Assembly (NCBI GenBank): GCA_963698435.1
Contig: CAVOQV010000017.1
Coordinates: forward strand, 53,812-117,811
DNA length: 64,000 nucleotides
Reading direction: 5' to 3'
DNA from: Ilumatobacteraceae bacterium
Lineage (GTDB): Bacteria; Actinomycetota; Acidimicrobiia; Acidimicrobiales; Ilumatobacteraceae
A program made the position numbers and the translations under genes. A model generated the notes under the pieces. The model was not told the origin of the DNA, did not search any database, and saw nothing but the letters and a program-made list of their open reading frames with translations. Position 1 is the first letter of the stretch. Each line of letters begins with the position of its first letter. Of the stretch, positions 31,189 through 40,354 are shown piece by piece.

Positions 31189-31243
31189 CGTTTGCGTGAC
31201 ATTTCGGGCGGGACGGGTCACCTGAACCTGCGCGCAAACGTGG
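31189..31243 (+). repeat. Copy C of the repeated hairpin element, followed by ATGGGGTGGGTGGG...GGGGGG-ATG
   Basis: CGTTTGCGTGACATTTCGGGCGGGACGGGTCACCTGAACCTGCGCGCAAACGTGG. It ends 31 nt before the methyltransferase ATG (31275). Confidence 0.7.
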
Positions 31244-31274
31244 ATGGGGTGGGTGGGCCAGCGAAACTGGGGGG

Positions 31275-31871
31275 ATGGACAGCACACAGTGGGACGATCG
31301 GTACTCGACGAGTGAGTTGATCTGGACCGGCCGGGCGAACCAGTTCGTGGAAGCCAACCTCAGCGACCTCGAGCCGGGCACGGCAGTCGATCTCGGGGCC
31401 GGCGAAGGCCGAAACGCCGTCTGGCTCGCCGCGCGAGGTTGGACCGTGACGGCGGTCGACTTCTCACAGGTCGGCCTCGACAAGGCAAACCGTCTCGCCG
31501 CTGAGCAGGGCGTCACGATCACCACCGCATGCGCCGATGCGACGACGTGGCAACCGGACGGCGCAGTCGATCTGGTCGTTCTGTCCTACCTCCAGCTGCC
31601 GGCAGCGCAGCGACGCCTCGTCGTGGAGCGTGCGGCGACCTGGCTGACGCCGGGCGGCACGCTGTTCGTGATCGCCCACGACCGCTCGAACGTGGCCCAC
31701 GGCCACGGCGGACCACCTTCGCCCGACGTCTGCTACACGGTCGACGAGACCGTCGCGGCCCTCGACGCGCTCGACGTCACGACCGCCGAGGTCGTCGAGC
31801 GCCACGTCGACACACCCGACGGCACGAAGACGGCGCTCGACACCCTGGTCATCGCACGACGGCCGCTCTGA
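31275..31871 (+). CDS. Class I SAM-dependent methyltransferase
   Basis: Motif I VDLGAGEGRNAVWLA and post-I TAVDFS. 198 aa. Confidence 0.8.
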   Translation: MDSTQWDDRYSTSELIWTGRANQFVEANLSDLEPGTAVDLGAGEGRNAVWLAARGWTVTAVDFSQVGLDKANRLAAEQGVTITTACADATTWQPDGAVDLVVLSYLQLPAAQRRLVVERAATWLTPGGTLFVIAHDRSNVAHGHGGPPSPDVCYTVDETVAALDALDVTTAEVVERHVDTPDGTKTALDTLVIARRPL

Positions 31872-32985
31872 GTTCCAGCGCTCGCGCGACCGCCAGATTG
31901 GTCGCCGGAGCAGTCACGGTCAGATGTCCCATCTTGCGACCGGGCCGGGCCTCCCGCTTGCCGTAGAGATGGAGCTTGGCGTTCGGATCGTCGAGCACTG
32001 CCGTCCAGTCCGGATCCCCGCCGTCCCACAGGTCGCCGAGCAGATTGACCATAGCGATCGCCGGGGCGGTCATCGCGGTCGATCCGAGCCCGAGACCACA
32101 CACGGCGCGGACCTGCTGTTCGTACTGACTCGTCACGCTCGCATCGAGCGTCCAGTGACCACTGTTGTGCGGGCGCGGCGCGAGTTCGTTCACGAGCAGC
32201 TCACCGTCGACCACGAACAGCTCGACGGCAAGCACCCCGACATAGGCGAGCGCATCCGCGATCGCCATCGCCAGACCGACGGCCCGGTCGGCGTGCTTGC
32301 CCGACACCATCGCTGGGACCGCCGAGACATCGAGGATCCCGTCGACATGGCGGTTCTCGGCAACCGGCCACGCCTCGACATCGCCCGACGCGGTTCGACC
32401 GACGATGACGCTGAGCTCGGTGTCGAGAGCCAAACGCTGCTCGACCACGCAGTCGACGCCACCCAGTTCGGCCCATGCTGCGAGCGTCTCGGGCACGCCG
32501 GACACCGCCCTCTGGCCCTTGCCGTCGTAGCCGAGTCGTGCGGTCTTGACGATCGCTCCCAGATCGACGAGCGCTGGTTCGACCGCAGGGTCGTCACCCA
32601 CCAGCACCTGGTATCGGCCCACCGGGAATCCGTTGTCGACGAGGAACCGCTTCTCCGCGATGCGATCCTGCGCGATGCGAACCGCCGACGGCGCGGGTGC
32701 AACGGTCACCGATGCGGCCAGCGCATCGAGGGCTGCGGCCGGCGGGTTCTCGAATTCGGTGGTGATCACGTCGCAGTCGAACGAGAGCCGACGCAATGCA
32801 TCGGGATCGTCGTAGGCAGCGACGAGGTGTTCGTGCGCCAGCAGGCCAGCGGGCGCTGACGGGTCGGGATCGAGCACGATCGTGCGGTACCCCATCGATG
32901 CCGCCGCCATCACCGCGTACCGACCGAGTTGACCGCCGCCGAGAATCCCCAGGGTCGCCGGGGGCACGATCGCCGCAGCGGTCAT
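31849..32985 (-). CDS. purK: 5-(carboxyamino)imidazole ribonucleotide synthase
   Basis: LGILGGGQLGR and an ATP-grasp body. 378 aa. ATGA overlap with the purE stop. Confidence 0.9.
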   Translation of the reverse strand: MTAAAIVPPATLGILGGGQLGRYAVMAAASMGYRTIVLDPDPSAPAGLLAHEHLVAAYDDPDALRRLSFDCDVITTEFENPPAAALDALAASVTVAPAPSAVRIAQDRIAEKRFLVDNGFPVGRYQVLVGDDPAVEPALVDLGAIVKTARLGYDGKGQRAVSGVPETLAAWAELGGVDCVVEQRLALDTELSVIVGRTASGDVEAWPVAENRHVDGILDVSAVPAMVSGKHADRAVGLAMAIADALAYVGVLAVELFVVDGELLVNELAPRPHNSGHWTLDASVTSQYEQQVRAVCGLGLGSTAMTAPAIAMVNLLGDLWDGGDPDWTAVLDDPNAKLHLYGKREARPGRKMGHLTVTAPATNLAVARALELRAAVVR

Positions 32986-33488
32986 GGTTCACTGCGCGGT
33001 GGGAGTTCCGACGACGCTGCGACTTCTCGACGCTCGGCGCGGTACTCGGCGAGCGCCTCAGCGAGTGCCGGGTCGTCGAGGGCGAGCAACCCGACGGCGA
33101 AGAGGGCCGCGTTCGTCGCTCCAGCGTCGCCGATCGCGAACGTCGCCACCGGCACACCGGCCGGCATCTGCACGATCGAGTACAGCGAATCCTGCCCGGA
33201 GAGATGTCGGGACGCCACCGGCACACCGAGCACCGGCACGGTCGTCTTCGCGGCAAGCATCCCCGGAAGGTGCGCCGCTCCCCCTGCTCCGGCGATGATC
33301 GCTCGCAGCCCTCGCACAGAGGCTGCCTCGGCGTAGGCGAACATCTCGTCCGGCATCCGATGCGCGCTCAGTACCCGCGCCTCGTGAGAGACGCCGAACG
33401 ACGCGAGGACGTCGACGGCCTTGGACATCGTGGGCCAATCGCTCGACGACCCCATGACGACACCGATGACGGGATCAGCTTCGGACAC
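32982..33488 (-). CDS. purE: 5-(carboxyamino)imidazole ribonucleotide mutase
   Basis: IGVVMGSSSDW, VLSAHRMP and GAGGAAHLPGM. GTG start at 33488. Confidence 0.9.
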   Translation of the reverse strand: MSEADPVIGVVMGSSSDWPTMSKAVDVLASFGVSHEARVLSAHRMPDEMFAYAEAASVRGLRAIIAGAGGAAHLPGMLAAKTTVPVLGVPVASRHLSGQDSLYSIVQMPAGVPVATFAIGDAGATNAALFAVGLLALDDPALAEALAEYRAERREVAASSELPPRSEP

Positions 33489-33520
33489 GTTCGAAGCGTA
33501 GGCGTTCCGGGTGGGTCCGG

Positions 33521-35927
33521 TCAGACCAACTGTCGGCGCTCGCTCACCTTGAGGGCGACATACCCCGGGATCGTCGGGAACCAGTAGTTGATCAGTCGGA
33601 ACAACAGCACCGCTGCCCACGCCGTCGCGTCATCGACCCGCGCACCGGTCAACATGAAGACCAGCGCAGCCTCGATCGCGCCGACGCCGCCAGGTGTCGG
33701 CACGGCCGACGCCACCGTGTTGGCCACCATGTACAGCGCTCCGAGTTCCACGAACGCGAGGTCGACGTCGAACGCACGACACGACCAGGCGAACGCGAGG
33801 ATCGTGGAGAGCTTCGCCAGTGCCTGACCACCGAACAACAGCGAGAGCTTCGACGGACGGCGAGCGAGTTCGCCGAAATCCGTTCTGATCTTGGCGAACG
33901 TCGACTTCAGGAACGCGACGACCCAACGTCGCAGCTTCGGAGCCGCCGCAATCACGACCGCCGCAATGGCGATGGCAGCGCCGAACACGGCGATGATCGA
34001 GAGATCCGGACCGCCGCTGTTCACGCTCAGCCCTCCGGTTGGATCGGCGCTCGCCACGACGACGAAGAACACGAAGAAGACCGCCTGCACGACGCCGCTG
34101 GCCGCGGAGGTCAACCCGATCGCCGCCGTGGCCACCGTGCCGTCCGTGCCGCCCTTCTGGAGGTACCGAATGCGCATCGCCATGCCGCCGGAATTCATCG
34201 GCGTGAAGCGGTTGAGGAACGACTGGCCGAACATGACGATCGTCGCCTCGCCGAGCGCGATCGGGCGAACCACCGAACCCGACAGCGACATCGCTCCGCC
34301 GACCGTGCCGAGCAGGGTGACGATCACGATCGGCCCAACCCACACCCAGTCCAGCCCCGACATCGTGTCGACGATCGCCGTCCAGTTGCTGGCAAGGGTG
34401 AGAAGAAAGAACGCCAGGACCGCGAACCCAACCCAGCTGACGGCCTTGGCGACACTGATTCGTTCGAGTTCGGCCAACTCGACCGCGTCGACACCCAGCC
34501 GCACCTGGAGGCCGGTGCGGAGGTCGTCGACGAAGTGCTTCGGCTTCTTCGCCTCGCGACGGGCGTGTGCAGGCAGCGCCGGGAGCTGCACGAACGGCAA
34601 GGTCGCCGCAAGGTCGTGAACGTCCACGTTTCGGACGGCAGCGTCGATGGCGCGATCGGCGCCGACGATCAGCGCCGTCGTCACGAGCAGCTCGGCGCGA
34701 TCGACAGCGCGCGACGCAACGCTCGAAGCGAGCACCGCGGTGTCGAGACCGGCGATCGTGACCCTGTCGCCATCGACCACCAGGTGGTCACGGCTCAGTG
34801 ACCGATGTGCAATCCGGGCATCGTGGAGACGCCCGACCTGTCGCCATCCGTCGTCGAGCGCTGCGTCGCTGATGTCGTCACCGTCGATGGCGGCCATCGC
34901 TCGTCCGGGTGGGACCGACAGACGCGACGATGGCGCTGTCGCGATCGGTCGGAGCGACGCACTCCACTGCGGGGACACGAACGCCGGCTCGTTCGGCCAT
35001 CGTGGTGTTCAGTGCGAGCTGAGCCGCGCGGATCCGCGGCTTCACCGACATGCGCTGCTCGTCGACATCGCGCACACGTACCGATCGAAGAACCCGCGAG
35101 AACAGTTCGAGATCACGGTCGTCCTGATCGAGGTAGATCACCTCGATGGGGGCGCCGTCAGCCACTCCGCGATACGCACGCAGATGACGTCCGGCGTGCT
35201 CATCGCCCAGATCGTCCACCTCGAATCCGGCAGCGGCCAGTCCGGCGCGCAGCGTGGCCGAGCCAGGGCGCCGCTGCGGTGACCCGAACGCCACGAGCAC
35301 CGCCGAGCCGACGGCACTCCCCACGACGAGGGTGACCAGAATGCTCACCGGTGCCTGCGTTGCCGTGATCGCTCGAACGACCGCCGTCACCGCCACCGCC
35401 ACCCAGGCGACCTTGCGCCAGGGCGCCGTCATCATCGGCGATGCGGCGGTCGTCCCGGCCACGAGCGCGGCGAGATACGCGATCGACGGGAAGTCGGTCG
35501 CGATGAACGAATTCGACGGGAGGTCGATGGGCGTGGGTGGCGCGGCCCGATTGAGCCAGTCGGTCAACCACAGCATCACGAGACCGCCGGTGACGCCGGC
35601 GCCGACGACGAGCAGGGTCGCGGGTCGAGTACGGCGGGTGAACAGCCACACCACCGTCACGACCGGCACGATCACGATGGCGAGCTGCGCCACGCCGACC
35701 AGCAGATACCGCAGCGGCGTCGGCATCCTCGTGAACAGCTCGATCAGATCGATCGAGATGTTGGTGAGCGCCGTCGGGAACGCGGCGGTCAGACCCAGTA
35801 CGACGACCAACAGCACCAGTCGCACCGTGAGGCGGGCCACGTCGACGGGGTGGCGCTGCCATTCGCGACGATCGCCCTCACGCAGCGAGGCATCGACGGT
35901 CGAGTACACGGCAACAGCATGGACCAC
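33521..35927 (-). pseudogene. Large membrane protein (N-terminal TM bundle, kinase-like domain, C-terminal LPG-synthase/flippase-like TM domain), apparently split by a frameshift near 34880-34980
   Basis: ORF 34878..36191 (TM region, then IEVIYLDQDDRDLELFSRVL...AERAGVRVPAVECV...DSAIVAS) overlaps ORF 33521..34978 by 101 nt in another frame. The second ORF continues the kinase-like fold (LSVPPGRAMAAIDGDD...LHDARIAHRSLSRDHLVVDGD) and then about 8 TM helices. GTG 35927 is a plausible start. Confidence 0.55.
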
Positions 35928-35962
35928 GACGTCGCCGCGCCTCGGATCCGGCCAGCTGAACG

Positions 35963-37255
35963 TCAGTCGAGAACGTCGGCGAGTACGTCGACGGCACGGT
36001 CGACGTCGCCGGGTGACGTGTAATGCACGAACGACAGCCGTACCACGCCCCGATCGGGGTCGACGCCGAGCCCATCGAGCACCCGCGCCGCGTAGTAGTG
36101 GCCAGAGCTCGTCTGCACGCCGCGCTGCACGAGGTCGCGCGCAACGTCCTGCGGATCCCGGGCGAGCGGGTCGAACGCGACGGTCGGACAACGATGCCCG
36201 CCAACCGCGTCGAGCGTGGCTGGTCCGAGCAGGCGGACGTCGTCGCGGCCGGCGAGCGCGTCGAGCAGGCGCGGGGTCAACGAGTCCTCGTGGGCCCGCC
36301 AGCGCATCGAGGTGCCGGCAACCGCCGTGCGGAGGCCGTCGCTCCGTGATCCACCGTGATGGTGATGGACTGCTTCGACGTAGTCGAGCACGGCACCCGC
36401 CGAGGCGACCTGCGCGTGATCAGGCCCCGCGGGGTTGAGACGCTTGTCGGTCACGCTGTCGTTGAAGAAATGACTCTGGTTCGGGAGCTCGGCCATGAGC
36501 CCAGCGCGCACGACCATCAGGCCCTGGTGAACCGAATACGTCTTGTACAGGCTGAAGAGATAGATGTCGGCGCCGATCTCTCCGACATCGGGCAGCGAGT
36601 GCGGAGCGAACGACACACCGTCGACGATCACGCGGGCGCCGACACCGTGCGCGAGGTGCGTGATCCGCGTGACGTCGTTCTCGGATCCGACGATGTTCGA
36701 TGCGTGCGGCACCGTGACGAGACCGGTCCGCTCACCGAGCATCGCCTCGAACTCGTCGATGTCGAGCAGGCCGGTGTCGGGGTCGATCCGCCACTCCTTG
36801 ATCGTGCAGCCGACCCGTTCGGCGGCCCGACGGATGGCGCCGGTGTTGGCCTCATGGTCCTGGTTGGTGACGATGACCTCGTTGCCCTGCTCGAGAACAT
36901 CGGCAAAGGCGTGGGCGAGCACGTAGGTGTTGGCCGTCGTCGACGGCCCGAACACCACCTCGCGCGCCTCGACACCGAGTGCTTCGGCCCACCGTTCACG
37001 CGACCGATCCATCATCTCGCCGGCGCGTCGTGACGACTCGAACTCGCTGTACGGCTGCACCTTCAGGTCGGTGTAGTACTCGGTGAGCGCGTCGATCGTC
37101 TGACGGCACGCGAACGAGCCGCCGGCGTTCTCGAAGAACGACTGCCCGTCGTTGATCGGGCGACCGAACGCGGGGAACTGGGAGCGGACGAAGTCGAGAT
37201 CGAGCTGCACACCCTCACGGTAACTGCGCTGCGCATCACCCTCGTAGGGCGCCAT
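35963..37255 (-). CDS. Aminotransferase class V-fold PLP-dependent enzyme (cysteine desulfurase-like)
   Basis: FENAGGSF..., TNQDHEANTG, HASNIVG and the PLP-Lys context LFSLYKTY. Start ATG 37255 (alternative GTG 37210). Confidence 0.8.
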   Translation of the reverse strand: MAPYEGDAQRSYREGVQLDLDFVRSQFPAFGRPINDGQSFFENAGGSFACRQTIDALTEYYTDLKVQPYSEFESSRRAGEMMDRSRERWAEALGVEAREVVFGPSTTANTYVLAHAFADVLEQGNEVIVTNQDHEANTGAIRRAAERVGCTIKEWRIDPDTGLLDIDEFEAMLGERTGLVTVPHASNIVGSENDVTRITHLAHGVGARVIVDGVSFAPHSLPDVGEIGADIYLFSLYKTYSVHQGLMVVRAGLMAELPNQSHFFNDSVTDKRLNPAGPDHAQVASAGAVLDYVEAVHHHHGGSRSDGLRTAVAGTSMRWRAHEDSLTPRLLDALAGRDDVRLLGPATLDAVGGHRCPTVAFDPLARDPQDVARDLVQRGVQTSSGHYYAARVLDGLGVDPDRGVVRLSFVHYTSPGDVDRAVDVLADVLD

Positions 37256-37264
37256 GATGGGACG

Positions 37265-38278
37265 ATGAGCACCGACCCGTCGACCACGTCCGAGTTGATC
37301 ACGCCCGCACTCCTGGTGGACGTCCCGATCTTCGATCGGAACCTGGCCGCGATCGATGCCGTGCTCCCGGGCGCAAAGTTGCGGCCCCACGTCAAGGCGT
37401 TCAAGTCAACCGATCTCGCCAAGCGTCTCGACGCCGACGGCCATCACGGCTTCTGCGCAGCGACGCCCCGCGAGATCGAAGGGCTCGTTGCGGCGGGTCT
37501 GACCGACGATCTGCTGCTGGCGAACGAAACGCTGGACGCTGGGCGCCTCGGTGCGCTCGCCGACGAGGCGAGCATCACCGTCGCGGTCGACTCCGGTGAG
37601 ACGCTCGACGCGGCGATCGCCGGCGGCGTGCGATCGGTGCTCGTCGACATCGACGTGGGGCTCCCCCGCTGCGGTTGCGATGTCGAGGAATCAGGACGCC
37701 TCGCCGACCGCGCCCGGGCCGCCGGACTCGACGTGCGCGGCGTGATGGGCTACGAGGGGCACCTGATGATGATCCACGACCGCGACAAGAAGCGGGCCAA
37801 GGTCGAAGAAGCGATGGCGATCCTGCTGCGGGCACACGAGCTGGTCGGCGGGAACATCGTGTCGGGCGGCGGCACCGGCACGTGGGATCTCAACACGTGG
37901 TGCACCGAGATCCAGGCCGGTTCCTACACGCTGATGGACACGCAGTACGACGAGCTCGAGATGCCGTTCGAGAAGGCGCTGTCGGTGCTGGCGACGGTGA
38001 TCTCGGTCAGCCCCAAGGGCTGGATCATCGCCGACTGCGGGCTCAAGGCGCTCGGAATGGACCACGGCAACCCGTCGTGGGACGAGGGTGACGTGCTCTT
38101 CTGCTCCGACGAACACGTCACGCTCATCCCCAGCGAGGCGGGTGCGTGGAAGGTCGGCGACCGCATCCGGATCTGGCCGTCGCACGTCGATCCCACCGTT
38201 GCCCGCCACGAACAGTTCTGGCTCGTCGACGGCGACACGGTCACCGACCGGTGGCCGATCGACCTACGCCACTGGTGA
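37265..38278 (+). CDS. Alanine racemase N-terminal domain / D-threonine aldolase (DSD1)-like PLP enzyme
   Basis: TPALLVDVPIFDRNL, PLP-Lys motif LRPHVKAFKS and C-terminal WPSHVDPT. 337 aa. Confidence 0.75.
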   Translation: MSTDPSTTSELITPALLVDVPIFDRNLAAIDAVLPGAKLRPHVKAFKSTDLAKRLDADGHHGFCAATPREIEGLVAAGLTDDLLLANETLDAGRLGALADEASITVAVDSGETLDAAIAGGVRSVLVDIDVGLPRCGCDVEESGRLADRARAAGLDVRGVMGYEGHLMMIHDRDKKRAKVEEAMAILLRAHELVGGNIVSGGGTGTWDLNTWCTEIQAGSYTLMDTQYDELEMPFEKALSVLATVISVSPKGWIIADCGLKALGMDHGNPSWDEGDVLFCSDEHVTLIPSEAGAWKVGDRIRIWPSHVDPTVARHEQFWLVDGDTVTDRWPIDLRHW

Positions 38279-38317
38279 GGTGGTGCGTCTGGGGCCGAAC
38301 CCCAGATGCACCACCTC
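38277..38317. terminator. 18-bp-arm hairpin spanning both stop codons of convergent genes
   Basis: GAGGTGGTGCGTCTGGGG-ccgaa-CCCCAGATGCACCACCTC (one G:U position). Confidence 0.6.
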
Positions 38318-39701
38318 ACATCGAGCGTGCGGCGTTGTCGAAGCGGGTGTACTGGCCGAGGAAGACCAGGCGCTTGGTGCCGATCGGGCCGGAACGGTGC
38401 TTCGACACGATGACCTCGGCCGAGCCCTTGTCGGGCGACTCTGGGTTGTACACCTCGTCGCGGTACAGGAACATCACGACGTCCGCATCCTGCTCCAGGG
38501 ATCCCGACTCACGGAGGTCGGCCAGCATCGGACGCTTGTCGGAGCGGGCCTCCAGGTTTCGGCTGAGCTGGCTGAGCGCCACGATCGGCACCTCCAACTC
38601 GCGGGCGAGCACCTTGAGGTTTCGGCTGATCTCGCTGACTTCGAGCTGGCGGTTCTCGGAGTTCCCGCTGCCGCTCATCAGCTGCAGGTAGTCGATCAAG
38701 ATCAGCGCGAGCCCACCATGTTGCGCCTTGATCCGCCGCGCCTTCGCACGGATTTCCATCACGGTCACCTGGGGGTTGTCGTCGAGGAACAGCGGAACCT
38801 CGAGCCGTCCGACGGCGAGGCCGATCTTCGACCAATCGCTCTCGCTGAGCTTTCCGGTGCGCAGCTTCGTCGAATCGACCTTGGCCTCACTCGACAAGAT
38901 GCGCTGCGTCAGCTCGGAATGCCCCATCTCCAGCGAGAACACCAACACCGGTCTCGCCGAATGCTTCGCGATGTGTGTCGCCATGCCCAACCCGAAGGCG
39001 GTCTTTCCCATCGCCGGCCGGGCGCCGACGATGTTGAGGGTGCTGGGCTGGAGCCCAGAGAGGAGTTCGTCGAGGTCGTCGTAGCCGGTCGCAGCACCGG
39101 TGATCGTGTCGCCACGCTCGTAGTTCTCCTCGAGTTGGTCCATGGCGATGTTGAGGAGTTCCTGGATCGGCCGCGTCGAGTCGACCACCCGATCCTCGGC
39201 AACCTCGAACATCTTCGACTCGGCCATGTCAACGGCCTTGGTGACGTCGTCCGGTTCGGAGAACGCGAGGTCGGTGATCTCACCCGCGGTGTGGATCAAC
39301 CGACGCAGCAACGCGGTGTCCATCACGATGCGGGCGTAGTGCTCGGCGCCCGACACCGACGGTGTCGCGTTCTGCAGATCGTTCAGCCGTTCGATCCCGC
39401 CGACCTCGTCGAGCAGCCCGTGACGGCGCAACTCGTCGGCGACGGTGACCACGTCGACCGGACCCGACGACGAGTACAGCGAACGCACCGAGTCGAAGAT
39501 GTGCTGGTGCGCCGGGCTGTAGAAGTCTCGGACGTTGAGACCTGCTTCGCCGACGACACCGATCGCATCACGGCTGAGCAGCAGCGCGCCGAGCACGGAT
39601 TCCTCGGCCTGCAGATTGTGGGGAGGAACACGTCCGCCGCGAGTCGACGCAGCGCTTGCTCGTTCGTTCCGGCTGGTTCCGAATTGTTGGTCGATCGACA
39701 T
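38316..39701 (-). CDS. dnaB: Replicative DNA helicase DnaB (no intein)
   Basis: PPHNLQAEESVLGALL, Walker A GARPAMGKTAF, LILIDYLQLM, SQLSRNLE. 461 aa from ATG 39701. Confidence 0.95.
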   Translation of the reverse strand: MSIDQQFGTSRNERASAASTRGGRVPPHNLQAEESVLGALLLSRDAIGVVGEAGLNVRDFYSPAHQHIFDSVRSLYSSSGPVDVVTVADELRRHGLLDEVGGIERLNDLQNATPSVSGAEHYARIVMDTALLRRLIHTAGEITDLAFSEPDDVTKAVDMAESKMFEVAEDRVVDSTRPIQELLNIAMDQLEENYERGDTITGAATGYDDLDELLSGLQPSTLNIVGARPAMGKTAFGLGMATHIAKHSARPVLVFSLEMGHSELTQRILSSEAKVDSTKLRTGKLSESDWSKIGLAVGRLEVPLFLDDNPQVTVMEIRAKARRIKAQHGGLALILIDYLQLMSGSGNSENRQLEVSEISRNLKVLARELEVPIVALSQLSRNLEARSDKRPMLADLRESGSLEQDADVVMFLYRDEVYNPESPDKGSAEVIVSKHRSGPIGTKRLVFLGQYTRFDNAARSM

Positions 39702-39774
39702 GGGGACCCCACTCTTCCAGGGAGTTCCTGTGCAACGGAAGAGGAACAACCCTGGGTTTTCGCTGTTGACCGGC

Positions 39775-39829
39775 TGTGGACAACCACCCGAATCGGTGGA
39801 CAACCTGCTGTGGACAGACCTGTGGACGG
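39775..39829 (-). promoter_or_regulatory. Cluster of four co-oriented DnaA-box-like 9-mers upstream of dnaB
   Basis: The + strand reads TGTGGACAA (39775-39783, a perfect complement of TTGTCCACA), GGTGGACAA (39795-39803), TGTGGACAG (39809-39817) and TGTGGACGG (39821-39829). Confidence 0.6.
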
Positions 39830-39904
39830 ACGCGTTCGGTCACCCTGACTGCCCGCTGTTCGACTACGTGCGCCGGTGCCCATCGGCGCTGGCGGAGGAC
39901 GACG

Positions 39905-40351
39905 TCAGTCGGCGGCGACGACGTCGATGGTGATCGGGAACGACACGTCGCTGTGCAACGACGCGGTCACCGTGTGCTGGCCGGTGGTCTTGATGACCTC
40001 GACGTCGACCTGACGACGATCGAGCTCGATCTGGGTCTGCTCGAGAACGGCGGCGACCACGTCGGCAGACGTGACCGAGCCGAAGAGCTTGCCTTCCGGA
40101 CCGGCCTTGCTGGTGACCGTGATCACCTTCGGCACGAGCGTGCTGGCGATCTGTGTCGCTGCCTCGCGGGCGCTCGAATCGCGCTGGTCACGCGCGCGGC
40201 GCATGCGGCCGGCCTGCTCGATCGCCCCATCGGACGCCGTGATCGCATGTCCCTTGGGCAGCAGGAAGTTGCGAGCGTGACCGTCGGCCACGTCGACGAT
40301 GTCGCCGCGCTTGCCGAGGCCGTCGAGATCGGAGCGGAGAATGACCTTCAT
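39905..40351 (-). CDS. rplI: 50S ribosomal protein L9
   Basis: MKVILRSDLDGLGKRGDIVDVADGHARNFLLPKG. 148 aa. Confidence 0.95.
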   Translation of the reverse strand: MKVILRSDLDGLGKRGDIVDVADGHARNFLLPKGHAITASDGAIEQAGRMRRARDQRDSSAREAATQIASTLVPKVITVTSKAGPEGKLFGSVTSADVVAAVLEQTQIELDRRQVDVEVIKTTGQHTVTASLHSDVSFPITIDVVAAD

Positions 40352-40354
40352 CGC

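Noticed and set aside
38316-39701. A possible intein in dnaB, which is common in actinobacteria.
   Set aside because: The protein is 461 aa with contiguous helicase motifs and no insertion after the Walker A region.
39702-39904. The dnaB-upstream DnaA-box cluster as oriC itself.
   Set aside because: There are only four boxes, no obvious AT-rich unwinding element, and no dnaA/dnaN adjacency. The rpmH end of the window is the expected origin side. A regulatory or titration cluster is more plausible.
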